Positions 6,692 to 15,644 of a stretch of 29,789 nucleotides of DNA are shown piece by piece. The stretch comes from a virus. Taxonomy: Duplodnaviria > Caudoviricetes. The DNA lies in IMG/VR virus record IMGVR_UViG_3300043694_000016, positions 1 to 29,789 of that record, one strand, 5' to 3'. Each line of letters starts with the position of its first letter. The first letter of the stretch is position 1. Both the position numbers and the translations under genes were made by a program. The notes under the pieces were generated by a model. The model was not told where the DNA came from. It ran no database searches and saw only the letters and a program-made list of their open reading frames with translations.

Positions 6692-7145
6692 ATATTTTTT
6701 TCGCTGCGATAAATAGCTGAATCGCCTCCTCGACGACATCCGATATTTTTGTATCAGTTTCGACCGCGTAAATTTTTATTTTTTTGAGCGATTCCGTGTC
6801 CAGGTCAAAACTCGCGCGTTTTTTTGTGCTTTCTTTCTTTGTTTCATTCGAATTTTTATTCGTTTGTTCGTTCGTTTGTTCTTTTGAAATTTCTTTCTTT
6901 TGTTCGTTCGTTCTTTTGTTCGTTTGTGCCTTTGGTTTTCGAGTCGTTTGGACAAAATCATAAATCGATTTCTCCAGGACCTCCGATTCTCCCTGGAATG
7001 TCCATCCTTTTTTCCCGCTTTCGTGGACTCCGCCGATGTTTTTTAATACTTCTCTCAGCTTTTTTTCCCCGATTGTAAGATGATCACGCGCGATCACGGC
7101 GATCGTTTTCTCTTTTGTCATTTCAATAATGTCCCCGACTAACAT
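6690..7145 (-). CDS. Two-domain DNA-binding protein with C-terminal ribbon-helix-helix (ParG/CopG-like); start revised to 7145
   Basis: AAGGGAGA RBS before MLVGDII. C-terminus KKRASFDLDTESLKKIKIYAVETDTKISDVVEEAIQLFI matches the RHH pattern. Confidence 0.75.
   Translation of the reverse strand: MLVGDIIEMTKEKTIAVIARDHLTIGEKKLREVLKNIGGVHESGKKGWTFQGESEVLEKSIYDFVQTTRKPKAQTNKRTNEQKKEISKEQTNEQTNKNSNETKKESTKKRASFDLDTESLKKIKIYAVETDTKISDVVEEAIQLFIAAKKI
6859..6926. repeat. 4-nt-period repeat array (TTCG/TTTG/TTCT units) inside the RHH gene linker
   Basis: ttcg tttg ttcg ttcg tttg ttct tttg ... ttct ttct tttg ttcg ttcg ttct tttg ttcg tttg. Confidence 0.75.
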
Positions 7146-7265
7146 TTGAATCTCTCCCTTTTTTTGTTTATTTCTTGATTTCATTTTATCAACAAATAAA
7201 CATTTTTTGTTATGGTATTTTTTTGCTGCCATCGCTCATAAATTGATTAAAAGGGAGTGATGATC

Positions 7266-7424
7266 GTGGAATATGTGCTAATACATTATTGTGCTAAATG
7301 CGAAGGATATTTTCAGGCGCCGATCTCCGATTTTATGATCAGAATTTTAAAAGAGCGAGGCGCGACGACCTGGCTCATCGCGAAAAAATGTCAATATTGT
7401 TTAAACAAAGAAAAAAACGCCTGA
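7266..7424 (+). CDS. 52-aa putative zinc-finger protein (CAKC...CQYC; not in ORF track)
   Basis: AAGGGAG RBS, GTG start. MEYVLIHYCAKCEGYFQAPISDFMIRILKERGATTWLIAKKCQYCLNKEKNA. Terminator follows. Confidence 0.7.
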   Translation: MEYVLIHYCAKCEGYFQAPISDFMIRILKERGATTWLIAKKCQYCLNKEKNA

Positions 7425-7446
7425 TCTGACTCAGGCGTTTTTTTTT
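7411..7446. terminator. Bidirectional intrinsic terminator ending the late operon
   Basis: AAAAAAACGCCTGA-TCTGAC-TCAGGCGTTTTTTT between convergent genes. Confidence 0.85.
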
Positions 7447-7447
7447 G

Positions 7448-7555
7448 TTATAAAAATGAGATCGCCTCGCGAAATGCTATCGTAAAGGCGTAAGACATAT
7501 AGACAAGACCTGACCAAAAAAAGATAAGCTCTAAATCCGACGGCTCCTGGTTCAT
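7448..7555 (-). CDS. 35-aa hydrophobic microprotein coupled to the holin (not in ORF track)
   Basis: ATGA overlap with the holin stop. MNQEPSDLELIFFWSGLVYMSYAFTIAFREAISFL. Stop abuts the terminator. Confidence 0.5.
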   Translation of the reverse strand: MNQEPSDLELIFFWSGLVYMSYAFTIAFREAISFL

Positions 7556-7797
7556 TTTCTCTCAGCTAGTCCATTCTGAATAAGGACCTCGCGCTGCTGC
7601 CGTCCGCGTAAAGTAATATAATTATTTTTAAACCAGGTCCAAATCGCGACGGCTGCTGTCGCGATCGTCGAAATAATATCGTACCAGTGTTCACTCGTCC
7701 CTGGAATCGGGTCGAAATCATAATTCACTAGCATTTGATTAAATAATGTCACGCCGAGCGCGAGCGATCGAATAAGAGTTCCTCGATCTATTCTCAT
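7552..7797 (-). CDS. Holin, SPP1 family
   Basis: M.ID.GT.IR...L...L.NQ.L......P.P and WTWFKNNYIT..G.QQ.EVL...GL motifs, two TM segments. Confidence 0.92.
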   Translation of the reverse strand: MRIDRGTLIRSLALGVTLFNQMLVNYDFDPIPGTSEHWYDIISTIATAAVAIWTWFKNNYITLRGRQQREVLIQNGLAERK

Positions 7798-7813
7798 GAT
7801 TTTTCCTCCTTTT

Positions 7814-8107
7814 TTATACTTTGAAATCAGCTCGAGCCGTCCTTATTAAAAGGCGGACATTATATCTCTGAATTTCTTCCGATTCAGGGAGATCGCCCGT
7901 TTCAAACGGCTCATCTATATCATTTACTGGAATGTTGAGATTAAATATTTCTGACGATTGACATCCAGGACATGAAAACGATAAATTTTCATATTGCCCG
8001 AATTCCTCCACGAAATCCGATCGGATGTCCGTCAGATCGTGATCAGTTGTCAAATTACAATGATTACATTCGACTGAGGCATTAAGCCCGAAAATACTTT
8101 TTAACAC
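7814..8107 (-). CDS. Small CxxC...CxxC protein downstream of the tail-tip gene (possible assembly chaperone)
   Basis: CNHC and CPGC motifs, AAGGA RBS, position between Tal and holin. Confidence 0.7.
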   Translation of the reverse strand: MLKSIFGLNASVECNHCNLTTDHDLTDIRSDFVEEFGQYENLSFSCPGCQSSEIFNLNIPVNDIDEPFETGDLPESEEIQRYNVRLLIRTARADFKV

Positions 8108-8122
8108 TTTTTCACGTCCTTT

Positions 8123-11100
8123 TTACGCCTGGTAATAACCGCGCCAGTATATATAAAGTCCCGCCTGATTCTTTCCTTTGACGTATAACCAAAAACCGTC
8201 TTTACTGATATCAATCGCGACTGGATTCGACGTGGATGACGTCCCCGTGAGCGTTATGCTCGACGGAATATAATCCTTTCGAATTCTGAAATTGACTCCG
8301 ACTCCGACGACTGAGTTTGTGGTCGGCGTCGCGATCGCTTCATATCCTCCGACGCCGCAAAAACCTTTCTCGACTTGATTCGTAATAAAAAGAGATTCGC
8401 CTCCGAGCTCCTGATATAAAATGTTCCAGTTTCGCCCGAATGTCACCATCGCCGCGTCGAGTTTGATTCCCGATGAAAATGTATTGCTTTGGATGATAAT
8501 TCCGTCCGAGTTCGGGTCTCTAAAAATGCGCGCGTCCAGGATTCCCGTCGCTGTCCTGAAATTGATCGCTCTGATTTTATCATCGGTCGAATTTTTGAGA
8601 TCGACATTCGAGCCGACTTTCAGATCGGTCGTGACATCGATCGTCGTTTGAGACGTCAGGCTCCCCGCCGTAACATTTCCGAGATTCGCCGAAATCGCTG
8701 ATAAATTCGAGACGTTTATATGATTCGATGTGATCACATTCGCCTCGATTTCGGTCGTCGAGTCGACGATTCGCGCCGCGTCCCCTGGATTCGCGCTCCA
8801 GGGAGTCGCGAAATCACTTTTCTCCACTTTTATCCATTCGATATGAGAGTTTTTGCCCGCCGTTCCTGACGGGACGCTCCACAATGACAAAACGCTATTC
8901 CCGACGGGGTCGCTCGTCGCGTATGCGGTCGCCGTGACGGTAAAAATGCCCGTCGCTGCGTTATAGGTCGCCAGGCTGCCGAATTGAATCCATCCCGAAT
9001 CCCGATAAACGGCGAGCGATTGACCTCCAGGAGCGAGCGTTCCTTTCACTGTGACGGTATATTTTGCGCCCGTCTCCCAGGGTTCCGATAAATACCATTG
9101 ACCTATTTTATAGGCGGTCGAATCTGTGACGCGATTCGAATTCAGGACAATATTCATATTAATTTTAACGTCGGGCTGAATTAGGCTCCAGGCATAATCG
9201 CCAGGCGTCGTCGATTCCGTCGCCACTGGCTTATTATAGGCGATTCCGAGGTATTTTTTGCCCTCAGGCGCGTCACTCATGCCCGCGCCCGCTGCTGTGT
9301 CTGCGTATTTTATCCAGGTGTAAACGGGCGCGCCTCCAGGTCCAGGCGGTCCCTGAATTCCCTGATCTCCTCGAATGAGACTCCAGTCATAATCGGCATA
9401 ATTCGAGGATTCCGTCGGCGATGTCTTATTATAGGCGAGTCCGATGTAAGTTTTGCCCGTCGGACTGTCGCTCATGCCTGTCGTCGGACTGTCGCTATAT
9501 TTTAACCAGGTGTAAAGTGTTTGACCGTCGGCGCCTGGCGGACCTGGAATCCCCTGAATTCCCTGAATTCCCTGGCTCCCTGGCGCTCCTGGCGTTCCTG
9601 GCGCTCCAGTGTCGCCTTTATTTCCGCGCGCTGCGGACGGGACGAAATAAAGCTCGTCGACTTGAATCGCGCTCCCGACTGTATAAAGCAGGACTTTAGC
9701 TGAGAGCGTCCGATCTGCGATCGTGTAAGTTTGATAAACATTGACGCCGTTTTTATAGTATTTGATCATCGAATTATCATAATGAATCGAAAAGCGATCG
9801 CCGTCTTTATAGGTCCCGACATCCGTGAGGACTCCATTCACAATGACGGACAAACTGGAGACATAATCAGGACCACTCAAAACCGCGTTATTATTGAAAT
9901 AGAATCCGTAATTAATCGCGGTCTGATCGCCTGGCGTTTTGTCGATGGACATCCCGACCGCCATCCTCGACCAGACTGAAATGACTCGAAAATTCATGAG
10001 CGCGCCGCTTGAATATGCCTCCGCCGAGATCGCTGAGCCATCCCACGCCGAGGAGGTTCCGCCCGTTTTGGTGAGCGCCTGACGCGAATCGATCGAGACG
10101 TTTGTCCGATTCCAGTTGATCTTGAATCCTGGCTCACCTTGAGGACCTTGAATTTTTGTCCAGGTGTATTTCATCGGGTCCGATGAATCCTCAGGAGTGA
10201 AATCTGTATAAGTTCCGAGATAAGTTCGATTAGTTGCGTCTGTCGTCGAAAACGCGTCGATTCCCGTTTGACTTGTACTCCATGCGGTATGAAAATAAGG
10301 CGTTTTTCCGTCCGCGCCTGGAGGTCCAGGGAGTCCCTGAGTTCCGTCCGCGCCTTTGATTAAAGTCCATTTATATTTTGACGGGTCCGTCGAATCGATG
10401 ACCTGATTATCGACATAAATTCCGATATATAATTTATTAATCGAATCGCTGATCGAAAATCCTGAGGAGCCGTTCGACGTGTTCGCATAGGCGATATGAG
10501 TATAATTCGAGACGCCTGGAATCCCCTGATCGCCGCGCTCTCCCTGAATTCCCGCGAGTCCTGGAATTCCTGGCTCGCCGCGCTCTCCTTTGGCTCCAGT
10601 TGGCGCGAAATAAACTTGATAAAATTGAGCCGCCTCGCTGATTGTCTTAAAAGACGAATCGACCGATAAAAAGTGATCGGATGTCGTCTCCGATTCTCGA
10701 ATGAGTGCTCCATTTTGATAAAATTTTATTTTATTATTGTCATAATGAATCGCGAATGAATCGCCGTCCGAATAATCTCCGATTTCAGTCGTCACGCCGT
10801 CCTCGATCGTCGAGACTTTTGGAGGAGTGTCCTCATAAATGACCTGATCAGCGATCGACTCCATTTGAAAATATAAGTCTTTCGGGACATCCTCGATCGA
10901 GACTGGCTCCAGTTTCATGTTATAGGTCGCCGTGTCCATCCATAATGAGCCATAAACAAGTCCCGTCCCTTGAGCGATCGCGACTTTTCGCTCTCTCCAG
11001 GTCGGTCCCCACTCTGACGGAATATAATCCGCGCGGCGATTCGCGATCTGTACAAGTTTCATCGTTTCGAGCTCCTGGGCTGTTTTGCCCGTTTTGTCCT

Positions 11101-14100
11101 GGGCTGCGTACCAGGAATTAATCTCGCCTATCAGATCATAATAAATCGGCTTTCCTTGTCCGTCGGTCCCCGTTTTTGGATTCATGCTCCCCGACTGGAC
11201 AGCGATGTCGAAAAGAAGGGAGTAACCGCGTCGACTCCATAAATCAAAATCTGAAAACCATTGAGTCGCGATCGTATAATACCAGGCTGCGTTCGTTTTT
11301 TGGAGTGCGATCGATTCAGGCAAAATTCCGAGATTCATAAAATAAGTATTCCACGGCTCCAGGAATGAGTGACGTCCCGTCGCTGTGTCGCCTCGCGCAT
11401 AACTCCAGTCATAAATCTCTTGAAAATTGCCTCGATTGATCATGTCGCGCCAGGATATATAATTCGCGAGATCGCTCTCAGGCGTCCGATCAGGATGATC
11501 AAACGCCGCCTGGACTTTGTCAGGATAATCTCGAATTAACGTCTGCCAAATCGAGATAAGAGGTCCCGTTTTCGCGTTGAATTGAATCGCTCCCCAGGAA
11601 ATCCCTCCGACATCAAACGCCGAGGCGCTAGTCCCGAAATTATATGGATAGGGTTTTTGTGTCTCATATTGTGATGTTAGCGCCAGGACCTCATCTTTAA
11701 AAGTTGGGTCCGTGACGCCGCCCGCGACGGTAAAATTCCCGACGGGCTTTGGTACGACCAGGACGAGTCCCGCGTAAACATTGAGAGGACTTGCTCCTGG
11801 ATTAAGTTTTTGAATCATGTCGCTGCTTGTATTAAATTTGATCGCGATTGCTGCGAATGTCTCGCCCGTTTTGACTGTATAATTCATGATCGGGAGAGGA
11901 GCCTTTATTTTTTGCCCGACATATATATTATTCGGGTCGATCGTCGGATTCAGCTCCTCGAGCTTGACGGTCGTCGTCCCGAGTTTGGTCGCGATTTTCC
12001 AGTAAGCGTCGCCCGATTCTACTGTATAATTGACGAGAGGCTCATCCGTGATCGTCGTCGGATTCGAGCTCCTGGAGCCAAATAAAAGCGCGTATTTTAT
12101 AGATTCAGGCGCGAGTCCCGTTTTTTGATCAGATAATCCGATCGCGACATCGCTCCAGGTCGACATGACTCTGAATGTCAAATAAGCGCCGTCGATATAT
12201 GCCTCTTTTGAATAGGCTTGAGCGTCCCAGGCGTCACCTGAGCCGCCCGTTTTTCTGAGGCGTCCCTGATCATCGATCTCGACGTTTTCAGTCGTCCAGT
12301 CGATCGAGAATCCTGGAGAGCCCTGATCTCCTTTGACCTTTATCCAGGTATAGTCTGACGGGTCCGTCGAATCCGCTGCTGTATAGTCGGAATATGTTCC
12401 GATGTATTCTTTTTCATTGGCGTCATTCGTGTCAAATCCGATCGTTCCGGTCGGATTAGTTGCATAGGCTGTATGAAAATAAACTTGACGCCCATCGGGT
12501 CCGATCGGTCCCGCCTCGCCCTGGTCCCCTTTGACTTTGTTCCAGGTGTAAAATGTCGGATTCAGCGAATCGGTCTCAGTAAAGTCGACGTAAGTTCCTA
12601 ACCACTCCCCGACATCCTCGCCATTATTGCCAGTCATGGTCGCGCCGCCGTCGTTCGAGTATTTTATATGTAAATAGCTCGATCGCCCGTCAGGTCCCAC
12701 CTCGCCCGCGACGCCCGCGTCACCTTTGACATAATTCCAGTTATAGTCGTTAGGGTCGGCCGACGCCTGAGGCGTGTCTGTGGTCGCGATTCCGATGTAT
12801 AAAGCGCCCGTCGGGTCGGTCGTCATTGGATGTCCCGTCGGGTCCTGGCTGTATCTTACCCATAAATAAGCGCTTTTTCCTTCTGCTCCTGGGACTCCCT
12901 GGAGCCCGTCGAAATAGTCGACTCCCTTTATAGGCGTATAGCCTGGAGGTCCTGGGGGTCCTCCTGGTCCTTCTATCCAGGACTGAGAAAAAGTGTCCCA
13001 TCTTTTATAGACATCTTTTTCAGGGTTTGACGTGTCTATCCATAACTGATTATGAGTCGGGTCCTCGGGAGGCGTGTCTGACTTCGCGATCTCGAATTTT
13101 ACCTCCATGAGCCGCGAAATCAGTTCGAATCGTTTCATCACGATATCCTCCTCGGCGTATTCGATAAAATCGCCGAGTGTATAGGTCTTTTTTGACGGGT
13201 CGGACGGACTTCTTTTGACGCCGATGATTCGCGCGTCCAGGTAGAGAGGAGGATTAAAAGTCGGGTCCTTTACTCGAATCGTATCGCCGAGGAGTGCTTT
13301 TTCGTGAGATCGATTAAAAAGATAATCGATGACAGCCGCCTCGATTTCATACTGAATAAGTGTGTTTATTCGCTTTTCGAGCTCCTGACGCGTCATTTCC
13401 TCGATGATCGCGATCGACGCTCGAGAGTCCTCGAGCTGCGGTTCGTAAATTCCCCACATATGACGCCCGCCGCGTCCCCATCTTTCGAGCGCCTCGTCAT
13501 TTTCCACGCGGACGACGAGCCTCGTCCCGTTTTCGCGCTCAGGTCCGATTCCGACGAGAGCCGTCACGATGTCGGATGTCTCTTTTCGTTTGACGCCGAT
13601 CAGGTCTTTTCCGAGGACGATCTCCTTTTTCGTTTCGTCTCCGATTTTTTCAGCAAAATCGACTGATCTTTTGACGATCTTATTTCCTGAGATTTCGATT
13701 CGAAATTTAATCTCGACTTTATAAAGGTCAGCGACCTCTCTCAGCGCCTCGAGCGCGTCGATGTGATTTTCCCAGGCGACCGTCTTGATTCCCATCCGAG
13801 GCGCGTCTCCGAGGCTCCAGTCCGTACCTTGCAAGACATACAGCGCCGCGTCCTCGAGTTTATAATTTTCGAGTGTTACGGGGTCGAGAATTTTTTGTTT
13901 TCTCAGCTCGATATAGGACGCGTCTGAGAGGACCTCTTTTGAATTCGAAAATTGATTCGTTTCACGGATGACAAACTCGCGAAAAGTGCCGTCGTCGTCC
14001 TGGATGATCAGGACATTTTTTTCGGCTGCGAATTCGGCGTCAGGATGTTGTGTCGTCATAATGAAATCGAATGTCTCGAAATGATCTTTTAAGCTCTTTT

Positions 14101-14191
14101 CGTGCCAGTCCTCCCAGTATAACGCCGCGCCTGGTTTGTTGAGTAAAGTCGCGAGTATTTTTTGAGTTTTATAATCGACGATATGAATCAC
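8123..14191 (-). CDS. Tail-tip/Tal-like minor structural protein with collagen-like repeats, two LysM domains, a lysozyme-like domain and carbohydrate-binding-like domains
   Basis: N-terminal phage minor structural domain (..LLGDTIRVKD..FNPPLYLDARII..), Gly-X-Y runs alternating with Y.(H/W)..Y(S/A)...YIG...Y.W modules, YTV.SGD/YTVK.GE LysMs, follows Dit. Confidence 0.88.
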   Translation of the reverse strand: MIHIVDYKTQKILATLLNKPGAALYWEDWHEKSLKDHFETFDFIMTTQHPDAEFAAEKNVLIIQDDDGTFREFVIRETNQFSNSKEVLSDASYIELRKQKILDPVTLENYKLEDAALYVLQGTDWSLGDAPRMGIKTVAWENHIDALEALREVADLYKVEIKFRIEISGNKIVKRSVDFAEKIGDETKKEIVLGKDLIGVKRKETSDIVTALVGIGPERENGTRLVVRVENDEALERWGRGGRHMWGIYEPQLEDSRASIAIIEEMTRQELEKRINTLIQYEIEAAVIDYLFNRSHEKALLGDTIRVKDPTFNPPLYLDARIIGVKRSPSDPSKKTYTLGDFIEYAEEDIVMKRFELISRLMEVKFEIAKSDTPPEDPTHNQLWIDTSNPEKDVYKRWDTFSQSWIEGPGGPPGPPGYTPIKGVDYFDGLQGVPGAEGKSAYLWVRYSQDPTGHPMTTDPTGALYIGIATTDTPQASADPNDYNWNYVKGDAGVAGEVGPDGRSSYLHIKYSNDGGATMTGNNGEDVGEWLGTYVDFTETDSLNPTFYTWNKVKGDQGEAGPIGPDGRQVYFHTAYATNPTGTIGFDTNDANEKEYIGTYSDYTAADSTDPSDYTWIKVKGDQGSPGFSIDWTTENVEIDDQGRLRKTGGSGDAWDAQAYSKEAYIDGAYLTFRVMSTWSDVAIGLSDQKTGLAPESIKYALLFGSRSSNPTTITDEPLVNYTVESGDAYWKIATKLGTTTVKLEELNPTIDPNNIYVGQKIKAPLPIMNYTVKTGETFAAIAIKFNTSSDMIQKLNPGASPLNVYAGLVLVVPKPVGNFTVAGGVTDPTFKDEVLALTSQYETQKPYPYNFGTSASAFDVGGISWGAIQFNAKTGPLISIWQTLIRDYPDKVQAAFDHPDRTPESDLANYISWRDMINRGNFQEIYDWSYARGDTATGRHSFLEPWNTYFMNLGILPESIALQKTNAAWYYTIATQWFSDFDLWSRRGYSLLFDIAVQSGSMNPKTGTDGQGKPIYYDLIGEINSWYAAQDKTGKTAQELETMKLVQIANRRADYIPSEWGPTWRERKVAIAQGTGLVYGSLWMDTATYNMKLEPVSIEDVPKDLYFQMESIADQVIYEDTPPKVSTIEDGVTTEIGDYSDGDSFAIHYDNNKIKFYQNGALIRESETTSDHFLSVDSSFKTISEAAQFYQVYFAPTGAKGERGEPGIPGLAGIQGERGDQGIPGVSNYTHIAYANTSNGSSGFSISDSINKLYIGIYVDNQVIDSTDPSKYKWTLIKGADGTQGLPGPPGADGKTPYFHTAWSTSQTGIDAFSTTDATNRTYLGTYTDFTPEDSSDPMKYTWTKIQGPQGEPGFKINWNRTNVSIDSRQALTKTGGTSSAWDGSAISAEAYSSGALMNFRVISVWSRMAVGMSIDKTPGDQTAINYGFYFNNNAVLSGPDYVSSLSVIVNGVLTDVGTYKDGDRFSIHYDNSMIKYYKNGVNVYQTYTIADRTLSAKVLLYTVGSAIQVDELYFVPSAARGNKGDTGAPGTPGAPGSQGIQGIQGIPGPPGADGQTLYTWLKYSDSPTTGMSDSPTGKTYIGLAYNKTSPTESSNYADYDWSLIRGDQGIQGPPGPGGAPVYTWIKYADTAAGAGMSDAPEGKKYLGIAYNKPVATESTTPGDYAWSLIQPDVKINMNIVLNSNRVTDSTAYKIGQWYLSEPWETGAKYTVTVKGTLAPGGQSLAVYRDSGWIQFGSLATYNAATGIFTVTATAYATSDPVGNSVLSLWSVPSGTAGKNSHIEWIKVEKSDFATPWSANPGDAARIVDSTTEIEANVITSNHINVSNLSAISANLGNVTAGSLTSQTTIDVTTDLKVGSNVDLKNSTDDKIRAINFRTATGILDARIFRDPNSDGIIIQSNTFSSGIKLDAAMVTFGRNWNILYQELGGESLFITNQVEKGFCGVGGYEAIATPTTNSVVGVGVNFRIRKDYIPSSITLTGTSSTSNPVAIDISKDGFWLYVKGKNQAGLYIYWRGYYQA

Positions 14192-15642
14192 AAAAATCTC
14201 TCCTTATACTCGATATTTAGCTCGACGCTTTCTAAGGGTAAATAAAAAATCGGATTCGAGCCTTTTTCAAGAGGAAAAAAAGTCGCTCCGAAATCTTTGA
14301 GATCGATTCGGCTTTCTCCATTTATCGAAATATTGTTTGTCCCGTGATCGATTTCGATGAGATCGCCAGGCGCCGCGATATACGGAATATTTTCAGATTG
14401 GACCGTATTTTTTCGCCATACTTTCAGATCATGAACAAACATTTGGACGCGATCGCTGCCTGGAAACATCCGAAAAGCGACTTGAATCTGTGAAATCGGC
14501 GCCGTATATTTGAGCCCTTTGTCCTCTAAATGGACATTTCTTTTCGAGCCTAACATATAATTATGAGCGCCCGTTTTGTCGTCGACTTGAGCGATATAGG
14601 CGTACCAGTCCGCGCCCTCTCGCTCGAGTCTCAGGACGCCTTTAAAATTTTTCCATCCTGGCGACGTGTGATCTCCAAACCAGGTCCCGTCGATCGCGTC
14701 GCCCGCCTTTGCTTTAAAATGACTCTCGACGGCGCTCCTGGAATAGTCCTCGATTCCGATTTTCCCGACGACATTTCCCACCGCGTCCAGGAGATAAATC
14801 TCGATCATTCCCGTCTGTCCTGGTTCCGCCTCGCCGTTACTGAGTTGGACGATCGCCTCCATTTTAAAGTCTTGGACGGATTCAGGGAGATTTTTTTTCA
14901 TTGAGGGTCCTTGCCATACGCCATCCTCGACGACTTGACCGACGAGCTCAGGATAAAAAGCATATCCATTATGGACGGCGATCTGTCCCGCGACGTGTCC
15001 ATTATCCACATATTCAGCCTGACTCCATCCCGTGAGCGCCGCCATTTCATCCCAAAAAATCCGAGTCTCTGCCTCGACTGGAGTCTGAGTCACCGTGTAA
15101 GGCTGCCCGACTCTCATGTATTGATCGCCTGAAATGATATCGAGATTCGTGAGCGATTCCAGGACATTCGCTCGAAAAATCGGATAAGTCGCGACGCTGC
15201 CCTCATTCTCGATGAGTGACGGATTCGTCGCAAAAAAGACCGTTTCGCTTGAGCCTTTATATTTATAAGGGTCTAAACAGATAAAAAGGACCTCGCCTCG
15301 ACCAAATCGGACGATGTCCTCGATCTCGAGCCCGCCGTCGACGATTGCATAATATACGCGATCAGGCTCATCGTCAAAAATCAATTCTTTCGGCTCATTC
15401 GTGATCAGCCAGGACGCGATCTCCTCCTCCAGTTTTCGGACGTTGAGTCGGTCAGTCCCATTTATAACAATCGGCTGAGAGATCGTTCTGACCTGAGTCT
15501 CTGAGCTTTGCAAATAGGCTCCAGGCATATTCGGGACCGTTAAAAGGTTCCGAGTAATAGGAGCAAACGCCGAGCGACGTTTTCCTCTCTCGGCGATGAC
15601 AAAATCCTTTTTAATTCCATTGAAAGAAAATGAAAATAACAT
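14188..15642 (-). CDS. Distal tail protein (Dit), long 'evolved' form with an internal beta-domain
   Basis: FSFNG start, L.FDDEPDR.Y.A and FIC.DPYKY motifs, C-terminal FF.L.KG.N...Y.ERFL. Follows the TMP. Confidence 0.9.
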   Translation of the reverse strand: MLFSFSFNGIKKDFVIAERGKRRSAFAPITRNLLTVPNMPGAYLQSSETQVRTISQPIVINGTDRLNVRKLEEEIASWLITNEPKELIFDDEPDRVYYAIVDGGLEIEDIVRFGRGEVLFICLDPYKYKGSSETVFFATNPSLIENEGSVATYPIFRANVLESLTNLDIISGDQYMRVGQPYTVTQTPVEAETRIFWDEMAALTGWSQAEYVDNGHVAGQIAVHNGYAFYPELVGQVVEDGVWQGPSMKKNLPESVQDFKMEAIVQLSNGEAEPGQTGMIEIYLLDAVGNVVGKIGIEDYSRSAVESHFKAKAGDAIDGTWFGDHTSPGWKNFKGVLRLEREGADWYAYIAQVDDKTGAHNYMLGSKRNVHLEDKGLKYTAPISQIQVAFRMFPGSDRVQMFVHDLKVWRKNTVQSENIPYIAAPGDLIEIDHGTNNISINGESRIDLKDFGATFFPLEKGSNPIFYLPLESVELNIEYKERFL

Positions 15643-15644
15643 GA

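Noticed and set aside
7146-7232. N-terminal extension of the RHH ORF
   Set aside because: AT-rich divergent promoter region. The good RBS precedes ATG 7145.
10821-12075. Insert in the tail-tip protein as an intein or intron
   Set aside because: No Cys/Ser...His-Asn splice motifs or homing endonuclease. The frame is continuous and the content is LysM plus a hydrolase-like domain.
9180-12970. Repeats in the tail-tip gene as a CRISPR array, DGR template/variable pair or shufflon
   Set aside because: They are degenerate protein-level collagen and module repeats. There is no constant repeat-spacer pattern, no adenine-specific divergence that I could see, and no reverse transcriptase or invertase.
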